Virus record (IMG/VR): IMGVR_UViG_3300045988_017465
Origin: a virus
DNA: 41,918 bases
Strand: one strand, 5' to 3'
The position numbers and the translations under genes were made by a program. The stretch's first letter is position 1. The number at the start of each line of letters is the position of its first letter. The notes under the pieces were generated by a model, which saw only the letters and a program-made list of their open reading frames with translations, was not told the origin of the DNA and searched no databases. This document shows positions 28,338 through 37,070 of the stretch, piece after piece.

Positions 28338-29237
28338 TTAACCCCCCGGCGTAACGGTGGCAACCGCAATGCCATCCAGGTATTCCGCCCACAGCTTCAT
28401 GCCCATGATTGCGTACATATCGCCGGTTGCACGGCTATAGTCGCCCTCGACATGCACGCCGATCAGGTTGGTTTCACCCTTCACGGTGTAGTTCAGACCC
28501 AGCTTTGCGAAGTCGCTGTCGCTCGGATCAACGTAGTACAGGTCAATGTTTTCCACAGGGGTAGCAATGACCTTGCCAGCGGCAACATACTTGTCGGGCA
28601 GCAGGAACAGGGTGCTATAGCCCAGGAAGTTCTGGACATAGGTCAGGCCAAACATGGTCTGGGTGGTAATCTCCTTATCGCCCAGATAGTCGTAGAAATC
28701 CATGATGTTTGCAAAGCCTACGACCTCGGTCACGTCCTTGTCCATGCCCATGAACTTGGCCAGCACTTTGCCCTTTGCCTGTGCAAGTGCCTGCTGCCAG
28801 GTCTTGGGGGTCAGTTCCAGAGAACCGGTAGCCAGGAAGGTGTAGAAGTCGCCCAGAATCTTGTTCTGAAGGGCAACCAGGAAAGCGTCATCGGTCTTTT
28901 CCACCGCAACCTCTGCGCCGTACTTGGCAACGCTCTCAATGGTCACGCTCTTTGCGTACTTGGATACCTCAATGTCACCATAAGCAACAGGGGCAACCTT
29001 CATTTTGGTGAAAGGAATCTCGTCGCCTTCCGCCACGGTGGAACCGCCCTTCAGGCCGCCGTCCACCTCAGCCTTATAGGATACCAGCTTAGTGCCGGGG
29101 GCTTTGCGGATAGGCCGCATAATGCCCAGGATCGTGCGCAGTGCATCCCAGTTGTCGTCGAACCGGGTCACGAAATCCACCTCACGGGCGGTAGTCGTGT
29201 ACTGCGCAGTTGTAGTTACGTTCGTTTTTGCTGCCAT
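28338..29237 (-). CDS. Major capsid protein (HK97-fold type)
   Basis: 299 aa, after the scaffold gene. Typical N-terminus MAAKTNVTTTAQYTTTAREVDFVTRFDDNWDALRTILGIMRPIRK. Confidence 0.85.
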   Translation of the reverse strand: MAAKTNVTTTAQYTTTAREVDFVTRFDDNWDALRTILGIMRPIRKAPGTKLVSYKAEVDGGLKGGSTVAEGDEIPFTKMKVAPVAYGDIEVSKYAKSVTIESVAKYGAEVAVEKTDDAFLVALQNKILGDFYTFLATGSLELTPKTWQQALAQAKGKVLAKFMGMDKDVTEVVGFANIMDFYDYLGDKEITTQTMFGLTYVQNFLGYSTLFLLPDKYVAAGKVIATPVENIDLYYVDPSDSDFAKLGLNYTVKGETNLIGVHVEGDYSRATGDMYAIMGMKLWAEYLDGIAVATVTPGG

Positions 29238-29257
29238 TTCAACAGCTCCTTTCGATT

Positions 29258-29872
29258 TTATTCATTTTCGCTTGCTAAGCTTTCCGCAAGCGCAGCCTGC
29301 CGCTCTGCGGTAGACAGCAGATACCGGCCTTTATCATCTTTCTTGTAGATTTCAGCCCGGCTTTTTACTCCATCCGTGGTATCGGGCGGTGTCTGGGTCT
29401 GGGTTCCGTTCTTTTTGACTTTCCCAACCAGCCCCTTGTAGTCGCCGGAAAGCAGACCGTCCAGGGCGGCGGTGTCCTTGATGGTTTCTCCATCCAGCGT
29501 TAGGCCGTCAATTTCAGCCTTTGCGCCCCGGATCACCAGAGCCATGCTCTCTGCGGGAATGCCCTTGCCCTGGAAATACGCTCTTGCCGCCTTTTCTTTG
29601 GCAGCCGCACTCTCCTTAGCTTCGATTCCCGCCTTGTAGTTCTGGAAATCCTTCTTTTCCTTTTCGTACTTGGCCTTAAAGCCTCCATCGCCGCCCTCTT
29701 TTTTCAGATCGTCCAATTCCTTCTGGACTCCAGGCAGCTTTTCAGCGTCCGCCTTGTAGGTGGCGATTAGGTCTTTCAGCCCATCCACGGTGTCGGTGTG
29801 TGCTTCGATGATGGTGGCAACCTGTTCTTCGGTCAGCCCCATGCTCTTCAAAAAATTGCGAGTTAATGCCAT
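29258..29872 (-). CDS. Scaffolding protein (Phage_GP20-like)
   Basis: ATG at 29872 follows AAAAGGAGATACATGTC. MALTRNFLKSMGLTEEQVATIIEAHTDTVDGLKD... is helical and charged. The track ORF is over-extended. Confidence 0.8.
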   Translation of the reverse strand: MALTRNFLKSMGLTEEQVATIIEAHTDTVDGLKDLIATYKADAEKLPGVQKELDDLKKEGGDGGFKAKYEKEKKDFQNYKAGIEAKESAAAKEKAARAYFQGKGIPAESMALVIRGAKAEIDGLTLDGETIKDTAALDGLLSGDYKGLVGKVKKNGTQTQTPPDTTDGVKSRAEIYKKDDKGRYLLSTAERQAALAESLASENE

Positions 29873-29982
29873 GACATGTATCTCCTTTTCTTCGGGGGAA
29901 GTTCTTTTCCCTTTGACATTTTTACCGTAGCACAAAAAGTAGGCCGTGATACACATTTTTCATTCGTTTGTTCGATAATTTC

Positions 29983-30019
29983 AAAAAGAAAAACCCCGCA
30001 GCGGATAACCGCCACGGGG
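29983..30019 (-). terminator. Intrinsic terminator upstream of the scaffold/capsid genes
   Basis: Minus sense: CCCCGTGGCGG-TTAT-CCGCTGCGGGG (29994..30019, with a 2-nt internal mismatch), followed by TTTTTCTTTTT. Confidence 0.6.
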
Positions 30020-30041
30020 TAGGGAAGGGTTAGATTATGTT

Positions 30042-30383
30042 TTACGTGGCATCAGCCGCTTCGAACGCTTCTACTAGCTTTGGGAACTGGATTGCGAAAA
30101 AATCCACCATTTCCTCGTTCTGTGCCCAGCTGGAATTTTCTGCAAGGCCGGATTCAAAGAGAAAAGCATGGATGATCTCATGTCGCTTATTTTTCCGGAT
30201 TTGAACCGCTAAATTTTTCTTACAGGTTGGGTCTCCTTCAGAATCAGCGTAGCTATCCACAAGCAATTCCTTCACGGTTTCGTCGCAGATACCGTCCGCA
30301 TCTTTCAACCTAACATCTTGGCTTTTGCTGGTAATCGTCAGCGTGTAAGCCGCTCCCAGAATGTTAATTTCCTTACTTTCCAT
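30042..30383 (-). CDS. Small HExxH zincin-like protein
   Basis: 113 aa. RHEIIHAFLFESGL contains an HExxH motif. No family name recognised with confidence. Confidence 0.6.
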   Translation of the reverse strand: MESKEINILGAAYTLTITSKSQDVRLKDADGICDETVKELLVDSYADSEGDPTCKKNLAVQIRKNKRHEIIHAFLFESGLAENSSWAQNEEMVDFFAIQFPKLVEAFEAADAT

Positions 30384-30749
30384 TTAGCCGCCTTTCAGCT
30401 CTTTTTCCACAATTGCCTTGTACTTGTCAAGATGATTCTCCACAGCCGGGCGCAAATACGGTTGCGCTTTTTGCTTGGAAGTGCCTTCTTCCACGCACTG
30501 GGCATATTCCACATTCGTTCCGATTATTACCGTGTCATCGTCGGTGAAAAAAGTGATGCTGTTTCGCAGTCTGCCGGTTCTCACGGGGCAAAGCCGTTTT
30601 GCGTAGCCCTCCGCCACCAGGCCGATTGTGACCAACGTCCTGTGAATAGCCAGCCGCAATTCCCTGGTAACATCGTCTGTCAGGTTGAGAGAATCAATTG
30701 TCACATGGAAGTCTCCACCGCCGGAGGATTTTTGAATCCGTTTTGCCAT
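30384..30749 (-). CDS. HK97 gp10-family protein
   Basis: 121 aa. AEGYAKRLCPVRTGRLRNSITF...GTNVEYAQCVEEGT...QPYLRPA is the gp10-like pattern. Confidence 0.7.
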   Translation of the reverse strand: MAKRIQKSSGGGDFHVTIDSLNLTDDVTRELRLAIHRTLVTIGLVAEGYAKRLCPVRTGRLRNSITFFTDDDTVIIGTNVEYAQCVEEGTSKQKAQPYLRPAVENHLDKYKAIVEKELKGG

Positions 30750-30773
30750 CGGTTATTCCCTCGCTTTCATCTG

Positions 30774-30977
30774 TCAGATTCTTTCAATTGATTCAATCTC
30801 GCTTTGGTAAACGCTTTCGATTCCGCCGTCAGTCAAATCCAAAGCAATAGAATCTTCTGCATCTTCTGTTTCCTCGGCATCCCAAATGCAAATAGTCTTA
30901 CCTTGTATAACAGTTCCGTCCTTCTTGCAAATAACAACTGCCGGAAGATCATTTGCATAATCCCATAAATTTACCAT
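30774..30977 (-). CDS. Small acidic protein, candidate immunity partner of the MuF toxin domain
   Basis: 67 aa, D/E-rich (DAEETEDAEDSIALDLTDGGIESVYQSEIESIERI). It starts 3 nt after the MuF stop and is visibly more AT-rich than its surroundings. Confidence 0.55.
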   Translation of the reverse strand: MVNLWDYANDLPAVVICKKDGTVIQGKTICIWDAEETEDAEDSIALDLTDGGIESVYQSEIESIERI

Positions 30978-30980
30978 AAT

Positions 30981-32375
30981 TTACTCCTTCTTGGGTGGAA
31001 CAGGGAAAATGTGTTCTCCCCTGGCTGAATAGTGAATTGCCACTCTATTGGAATTGTGATATTGATCGTTTTTGAAGTATTGCCCAACTATGATATCGGT
31101 ATCTACATATTCAACGATTCTATAGTGCCCGTCCGGATTTTTCCTTGCGTCAACGTCACCAGCCGTTGCATACTTTTGTAAGACACTATCTAATTCCTTT
31201 TCGCCGATAATAACTATATTTTGCGGCGTTTTACCATTTTTCTGTCTCTGCGCTAAATAAGTTTTATACTCATGCGTTCCTTCGATATGCTTCCGCTGCT
31301 GCCCCTTGTTTAACTTTAACGGAATTTCTCCTGAATCAATCTTCTCCTTTAGTATAGCACGGTTTTTCTCATTTTTCAACTCATTTTCCCGCTGCTTAAG
31401 TTCTAGTTTCTGCACTTTTTGCAATTCTAAATCTTTTCCCGCTTTCCAGTCCTCATAGCTCACCCCGTCCAATTTGGAAGCCCTGGGTGCGTCGCTTTGG
31501 TCGATACCCTTCACTGCGGAAACCAGGGTGCACCGACAATTGTAAATCAGATACCCCGGTGCTTGCGGGTCTCCGGGATATCGGATAGAAGCACCGTCTA
31601 CATGAAACGCCTCGCCCACAGCCACTCTTTGACCGTCAAGCAGTCGGTGCTCGTGCCGGGTTTTGCCGTCCAGCGTAGCAAGCCACTCCTGTTCCAGTTC
31701 GATTCCGATAGATTGCGCATATTTGTAGGTATCGATTCTCCCTGCACATTCCGCCGCCGTGGTTGCCGTCCTGGCAGAGCGCACGGCGGCGTTCAAATCC
31801 ATGCTTGCCACGGTTACGAGCCGCTTGGCAATGTCCTGGATGGGGTCTCCCAGAAGAATGCCCCTGTTGATAGCTGCCGTGATATGCTTCTGGTTCCAAC
31901 GCTTATCAACAGGCACATCTACAGATGGGAGGGGAAGCAGGTTCGGCTCTTCCCGGATCAGGCGTTCCACCGTGCTATGGTCGTATAGCGTCCACGACAA
32001 ATTGACGTTTGCTTTCTTCTCGATATCATAAGCGGCGTAGTTGGCATTCAGGGCATAAACGTCTTTTGCTTCGCCGTTCACAATTTTCATTGCGATTTTG
32101 TCGGCGTTGGTGAAATCCTCGGTCAGCACATCGATCATATCCCGCAAATGCTTTTCTTTGCCTAGCAGCTCTTGCCGCCATCCTGTATATGCCTTCTTTG
32201 ACAGTTTCCCATCTGCAACGGCCTGCGCTTTCTTTTCGTCAAGCTCCCGGAATTCTGCCAGCACAGCGGAAAGCTTGTCCTTGGCTTCTGCCAGAGTATC
32301 AGCATAGACATTTGCAATCCGCTTTTCCATCACCGCCAATCGCTTGTCGGTCTCCTTGTGCCCATAGTCGGCCAT
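30981..32375 (-). CDS. Minor head protein (SPP1 gp7 / Mu F family) with a C-terminal polymorphic-toxin-like domain
   Basis: 464 aa. N-terminal MuF core, then a coiled linker (ELQKVQKLELKQRENELKNEKN), then KGQQRKHIEGTHEY...VGQYFKNDQYHNSNRVAIHYSARGEHIFPVPP. This resembles the KH..G.H.Y ... IHYS..G.HI.P pattern I recall for Ntox50-type toxin domains. Confidence 0.75.
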   Translation of the reverse strand: MADYGHKETDKRLAVMEKRIANVYADTLAEAKDKLSAVLAEFRELDEKKAQAVADGKLSKKAYTGWRQELLGKEKHLRDMIDVLTEDFTNADKIAMKIVNGEAKDVYALNANYAAYDIEKKANVNLSWTLYDHSTVERLIREEPNLLPLPSVDVPVDKRWNQKHITAAINRGILLGDPIQDIAKRLVTVASMDLNAAVRSARTATTAAECAGRIDTYKYAQSIGIELEQEWLATLDGKTRHEHRLLDGQRVAVGEAFHVDGASIRYPGDPQAPGYLIYNCRCTLVSAVKGIDQSDAPRASKLDGVSYEDWKAGKDLELQKVQKLELKQRENELKNEKNRAILKEKIDSGEIPLKLNKGQQRKHIEGTHEYKTYLAQRQKNGKTPQNIVIIGEKELDSVLQKYATAGDVDARKNPDGHYRIVEYVDTDIIVGQYFKNDQYHNSNRVAIHYSARGEHIFPVPPKKE

Positions 32376-32378
32376 ATG

Positions 32379-33815
32379 TTAGCCCTCCGGCGGCTGCTGT
32401 TCCTGCCGTTCCTTCTGTTCCTCCTGGTTCTCTTGGAGCTGTTGCGTATTCTGCAATAACTGATTCTCCAACGCCCCCATACGCTTCATATCGGCCTCGT
32501 CCCGGCGGCGCAGGATGTCCGGCACCTCTTCGGGGAGGATAAAGGGCAGATGGTTGAGGATGGTTTCATCGTCCAGGTATTCAGCAGCGGACAGGATCAT
32601 GTTGGTTTCCTCTGCCTGGTTGATTACCTTATTCCAATGGAAAGAAGGTTCTGGGTTGTCGATACCGGCCACGGCGCAAATTTGCCGAATGAAAGCAATC
32701 AGAAAGTACTCGAAGTCCGCACATTTGTTATCCTGTGGCTGATACGCTGCCGCAATCTCCGTGGCGGTCTTTTCAGCCCCAGCCAGGGCCGCCACATCAA
32801 GCATCTGGGCATCTTCGTACAGATCCCGACGCAGGATATCCAGCATCGTCTTTCGGGCTTCTACGGGCACGTCCAGTGTCACAGGCGTGGCATCTGCACC
32901 ACCGTCACCGTCCCCCTCTACAGCTGCAGCCCGGACAGCCCGGATGCGCTGCACAAACTTGGCAAGGTCTGGGTCGTCCATTGCGCCGGTGTTTTTCAGG
33001 AGCCAGTACACGCCAGAAGCGTCAATCTGATTGGCAAATCCAGATTTTACAAAGTCGTAGCAGTCAATGGATTCTCGCAGCCCCACAATCTCGCTCTCGT
33101 GGGTGTCGTTGCCGTAGAGCACGGCAATGGGAAGACGGGTGTAATTCTCATAGCATTGATCCATGATTCCCAGATCGTTCCCAATCTCTTTGAGCACATA
33201 GCCTCGCTTTCCCGCCATCTGCTGGGCCGGGTCGCTGCCCATTGCGCTCCACTCGCTGATGCCGTCCGGCTCATAGAGCGTTGCCCGGAAAAGCTGCTTG
33301 TTCCCCACATCCCGGAACCAATACCGGATACCGGCCATAAGCTCAGAGGTGTTTTCATCGGGCAGGGGAGTAAAGCCGGGGTTCCCGGGGGTATCGGCAA
33401 AGGAAAACACTTCCAGGTGATCCAGATTCCAGTAACCGTATGCCACACCCTGAGCCAGGGCCAGCTTTGCCGCCTGCTGCAGCTTGTAGTCAATGTCCAT
33501 GCCCAGCTTATCCTTTCCGTCCATGGTCACGCCGTTGGCAAGAATGTACCCTGCCTCCTGTGTCACCAGGCGGCGAAACATCAGCGTTTTGAGCCGGTAA
33601 TCGCTCGACCAAATATCTCTTGTTTTATTTCCGGACAGGGTAAAAATGGTCTTTTCCAGCTGCTCGATGGTTAGATTTCGCTTGTTGTAGTAGGCCATCC
33701 CAACTACGGCGTTTTTGTATGCCTTACTGCCCATGTGGTCCCGGACAGCGTCCCGAAGGAACTCTCCTACGGTGCCCTTGGCAATGGCTTCCTGTAAATC
33801 CTGGTATGTTTTCAT
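32379..33815 (-). CDS. Portal protein (SPP1 gp6-like)
   Basis: ATG at 33815 follows TTGGAGGGACAA. 478 aa, located after terL. Confidence 0.85.
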   Translation of the reverse strand: MKTYQDLQEAIAKGTVGEFLRDAVRDHMGSKAYKNAVVGMAYYNKRNLTIEQLEKTIFTLSGNKTRDIWSSDYRLKTLMFRRLVTQEAGYILANGVTMDGKDKLGMDIDYKLQQAAKLALAQGVAYGYWNLDHLEVFSFADTPGNPGFTPLPDENTSELMAGIRYWFRDVGNKQLFRATLYEPDGISEWSAMGSDPAQQMAGKRGYVLKEIGNDLGIMDQCYENYTRLPIAVLYGNDTHESEIVGLRESIDCYDFVKSGFANQIDASGVYWLLKNTGAMDDPDLAKFVQRIRAVRAAAVEGDGDGGADATPVTLDVPVEARKTMLDILRRDLYEDAQMLDVAALAGAEKTATEIAAAYQPQDNKCADFEYFLIAFIRQICAVAGIDNPEPSFHWNKVINQAEETNMILSAAEYLDDETILNHLPFILPEEVPDILRRRDEADMKRMGALENQLLQNTQQLQENQEEQKERQEQQPPEG

Positions 33816-33835
33816 TTGTCCCTCCAATGTGTAAA

Positions 33836-35110
33836 TTATAGCAGCATAGAATAGGCAGGGTCGATGACCGTATCCTTTTTATTCCACAGCCGCTTGACGA
33901 TACACGCCAAACTGTCCGGCGCATCGTCATGTTCTGCTTCTTCGTTGTAGTCGCAAATCTGGTTGATGTACGCTTTATCGGTTCCCTCCACAAACACGAC
34001 ATTTTTCCATTCAGGCTTCAGCACGCTGGAAATCTTCTCAAATTTGTTCTGGTTTTCGTGGTACTCCACGCATCGTTCCCCACGTCGCCGTAAATCCTTT
34101 GCCAGATAGCCCTTGTCGCCGTTGTTCTCGCAGTAAATCACCCCGGCGTTAAACATTTTCCGATACCGGATGATATCATCCTTGCAGTCATCAACGTGCT
34201 TTCTCCACATCTTGCCGAAAACATAGTATTTCCCATTACGTTTCTTGCAGATGGTAAACGCTGTGTAGTCCTCGCCACCATAGGCAGCATCCACATGGCA
34301 AATGCCCTGTTCCGCAAGGGCAGGATCTGCACCAATTTCCGGATCACGGAATATCACATCATCCGAGGCAATGTGCCGCAGTTCGTAGTTTGCGGAGAAT
34401 AGGGAAGCGGTCATGCTATCCCGAATTTTGGCTAATGTTTCCGGGGAAATCAACCCGGTTTGATAGCAGTCGTACCGTTCCGCTTCCGGCATCAGCGTGA
34501 AGCAATCCTCTTTATGCCACGGTGTTCCTGTGTTGAAAATCCTGCCGCCCCGGTTTTTGATGTTCTGCAATTCCTGGTATATAATTTTCGTATGATCTCG
34601 CTCTGCCTTGGAAATGCGGTCTTGAACATTTACTATATCGTCTGTGAAAATAATATCGAAGTGTTTACCCGTCAGGGAGCCGGAAATACCACAGCCGTAA
34701 AGCTGCACTGTTCCCTTTGCGTCGCTGCTTAGATTTGTGTTGATCTCCACAGCTGATGCGGTAGTCAACGCCAGCGGTTTTCCGTGAATTACTTCGCAAA
34801 CAGCCTGCATATACGGTGACATAAGGATATTTTGCACCTGCCGTATGACCTCTTTCACGTCGCTGTCCGTTTTGCGCATGAACATAATTTTTTTGTTCGG
34901 CAGCAGCACGATCAGGCAGGCCAGGGAGATAGACACGCAGGTTGTCTTGTAACTGCCTCGGTGCGCCTGCAACGTCTTATCATACTTTGACCGTATCATT
35001 TCGCACATCCATGTGTTATGCAGTTTAACGTTCAAATCCTTAAAGCCAACAGCCCAGCCTATCTTTACCGGCTCATCCCTCAGTAGCCGTATCGCTTCCT
35101 TCCTCGTCAT
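33836..35110 (-). CDS. terL: Terminase large subunit
   Basis: 424 aa. Walker A-like AHRGSYKTT, Walker B-like IIFTDDIV, and a nuclease-domain pattern at the C-terminus. The start overlaps the terS 3' end. Confidence 0.88.
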   Translation of the reverse strand: MTRKEAIRLLRDEPVKIGWAVGFKDLNVKLHNTWMCEMIRSKYDKTLQAHRGSYKTTCVSISLACLIVLLPNKKIMFMRKTDSDVKEVIRQVQNILMSPYMQAVCEVIHGKPLALTTASAVEINTNLSSDAKGTVQLYGCGISGSLTGKHFDIIFTDDIVNVQDRISKAERDHTKIIYQELQNIKNRGGRIFNTGTPWHKEDCFTLMPEAERYDCYQTGLISPETLAKIRDSMTASLFSANYELRHIASDDVIFRDPEIGADPALAEQGICHVDAAYGGEDYTAFTICKKRNGKYYVFGKMWRKHVDDCKDDIIRYRKMFNAGVIYCENNGDKGYLAKDLRRRGERCVEYHENQNKFEKISSVLKPEWKNVVFVEGTDKAYINQICDYNEEAEHDDAPDSLACIVKRLWNKKDTVIDPAYSMLL

Positions 35111-35453
35111 CCTCCATCACCATCTTTTCCAACTCATCCAGCGCAATGCCCTTTGCATCGGCTACGGTCACATCCACATTGTCACGCTGTCCCAGGTACT
35201 GTTTGCCCAGAAAAATTGCCATCGTGGCGTTCTTTTCGGCAAGTTTCCATTGCGTTCTCCTAAGCGAAATACACCCTTTTCCCCTTTTTTGGGAAAAAAC
35301 TTCCGCAAAACCTTTTCCGTATGTCCGTTTGCACCATCTTGCCACTGTATCAGGGCTTGTGTCGAAAGCATCGGCTATTTCCTGCTGTGTGCATTGCAAA
35401 CCGCAAAGATTCTCAAACACGTTTTTATTGATTTCTGTTTTTGGCCTTGCCAC
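35073..35453 (-). CDS. terS: Terminase small subunit (HTH type)
   Basis: 126 aa. NLCGLQCTQQEIADAFDTSPDTVARWCKR is an HTH and the tail is acidic. It lies directly upstream of terL. Confidence 0.75.
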   Translation of the reverse strand: MARPKTEINKNVFENLCGLQCTQQEIADAFDTSPDTVARWCKRTYGKGFAEVFSQKRGKGCISLRRTQWKLAEKNATMAIFLGKQYLGQRDNVDVTVADAKGIALDELEKMVMEDDEEGSDTATEG

Positions 35454-35456
35454 TTC

Positions 35457-36311
35457 CTATCGCTCCTTCCTCCATTTTTCGTTTATGATTTTTGGAACGC
35501 AATAATCCCATTCCACATTGTGGTGCATCCGCATGTAGTGATCGCCCATGGCGGCAACTTTCACGCAATCAGGTCTGCTCATCACACTGTAAAACGACTT
35601 AATAAAGGTTCCTTCTTGTTTATAAATGTCCGTCAATCCTCCTGGGTTATCCTGCGTTTGCGTTTGTACAACATCAACATTTGTCACCGTAAACATCAGT
35701 TTTCCGATTCCGCCAAGCGTTACATACATATTTGTGTCCTCATTCGTAAGCCCCATGTACCGAAAAGGTCTATCCGTCCGCATAAACCACACATTCATGG
35801 CTTTTCTCGACAACCCTTTTTTGAAGAATCCGCCATTTATTCCGCCTATAAAATCGCCGCCCTGTGCCATGCATACAGTCACGGCGGTTGAAACATCCAG
35901 AAACTCACAAAATGCTGTAACAAGGGAATCGAAATCATTTACGCACTTTGTTTTGAGTTTGCCGTCCTCTGGGTATCTAATCTCGAACATTTTGTAATCA
36001 TCATCCAAAACGCAGAAATGCGTTAGCTCTAACCGCTTTGCAATATTCCAACATTCATTTCTGGCAAACACGACAGCGTTCCTTTTCCTGCTCGGTGTCA
36101 TCACATCCGTTCTCTCTGCGGCTTCCTTTTTGCAGAACTGGATAACCTGTTCGCCATATGTTTCTCGGTATAAATCTTCCTGCTCGTCCTCGTCATCGAT
36201 CACCAGATACGTTTTTCCACTGTATCCCGCTTTTTCAAGTGCTTTCAAAGTGATAACGTTTTCCGCTCTTCCGTGGGTTAAAATGAGAACCGCAAATCTA
36301 TCATCCACCAT
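35457..36311 (-). CDS. GT-A-like glycosyltransferase-fold protein (inferred), function unknown
   Basis: ATG at 36311 follows GAGGTG. FAVLILTHGR, then YLVIDDEDE, then a DxD-like motif in CVLDDDY, matching the order of GT-A signatures. The assignment is by pattern only. It overlaps the ParB-like gene. Confidence 0.4.
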   Translation of the reverse strand: MVDDRFAVLILTHGRAENVITLKALEKAGYSGKTYLVIDDEDEQEDLYRETYGEQVIQFCKKEAAERTDVMTPSRKRNAVVFARNECWNIAKRLELTHFCVLDDDYKMFEIRYPEDGKLKTKCVNDFDSLVTAFCEFLDVSTAVTVCMAQGGDFIGGINGGFFKKGLSRKAMNVWFMRTDRPFRYMGLTNEDTNMYVTLGGIGKLMFTVTNVDVVQTQTQDNPGGLTDIYKQEGTFIKSFYSVMSRPDCVKVAAMGDHYMRMHHNVEWDYCVPKIINEKWRKER

Positions 36312-37014
36312 CACGCAGCACCTCGATTGTTTTTGAAAGCTTTACATAGCCGTTCGCTATGGCATTTTCCAGATCAATGATGACTAGAGCAGACTTTTCC
36401 ATAAGCTCCTGCATTTCAGGCGTTGCGTGTGCGTAGTATTCCGCAATGGCGGTGAAATTGAATCTGCAATGCCGATGGGCGGCAGCTATCAGAAATTCTT
36501 TCTCATCACAGCTCACACCGCTGTTCTCGATTTCAGAAATCAGATTCATTTCTTTTTCGTTGTCGTACATTTCTGGGAACGAAGGGCAATCCCCTTGAAT
36601 GTTATACTGAGGAATGTTTACGGCGGTGGTATATGGGTTTTCCTCGTTTTCGTCTTTTAATCCCCAATCGAAATCAAAAGCCGATAAATCCAGCTCCGGC
36701 AGTTCCTCCGCCAATAGATCAAAGTCCCATGCGCTCTCGTTGCTCTTATTATCCACCAGCCGCAGGGCGTTCACCTGTTCCGGGGTCAGATCGTCCACGC
36801 AGACACACGGCACCTTATCTATGCCCAGCTTCTTTGCCGCCAGAGCGCGGCAATGGCCGATTATAATCACGCCGTCACGGTCAATCACAATCGGCTGCAC
36901 AAAACCGTACTGCTTGATGCTTTCTGCCACATTGGCAATCTGCTTTTTATCGTGCTTCTTTGCATTCTTCGCATAAGGCACAATTTCGCTTAATTTCTTC
37001 TGGATAACGTCCAT
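36301..37014 (-). CDS. ParB N-terminal (ParB/Srx nuclease-like) domain protein
   Basis: 237 aa. LSEIVPYAKNAKKHDKKQIANVAESIKQYGFVQPIVIDRDGVIIIGHCRALAAKKLG is the classic ParBc pattern. There is no fused methylase domain. Confidence 0.8.
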   Translation of the reverse strand: MDVIQKKLSEIVPYAKNAKKHDKKQIANVAESIKQYGFVQPIVIDRDGVIIIGHCRALAAKKLGIDKVPCVCVDDLTPEQVNALRLVDNKSNESAWDFDLLAEELPELDLSAFDFDWGLKDENEENPYTTAVNIPQYNIQGDCPSFPEMYDNEKEMNLISEIENSGVSCDEKEFLIAAAHRHCRFNFTAIAEYYAHATPEMQELMEKSALVIIDLENAIANGYVKLSKTIEVLRDGG

Positions 37015-37070
37015 ATAATCCCTCCGTCCGGATTAACAATACCATTTCTTTTCGGCTTTGATACACATTT

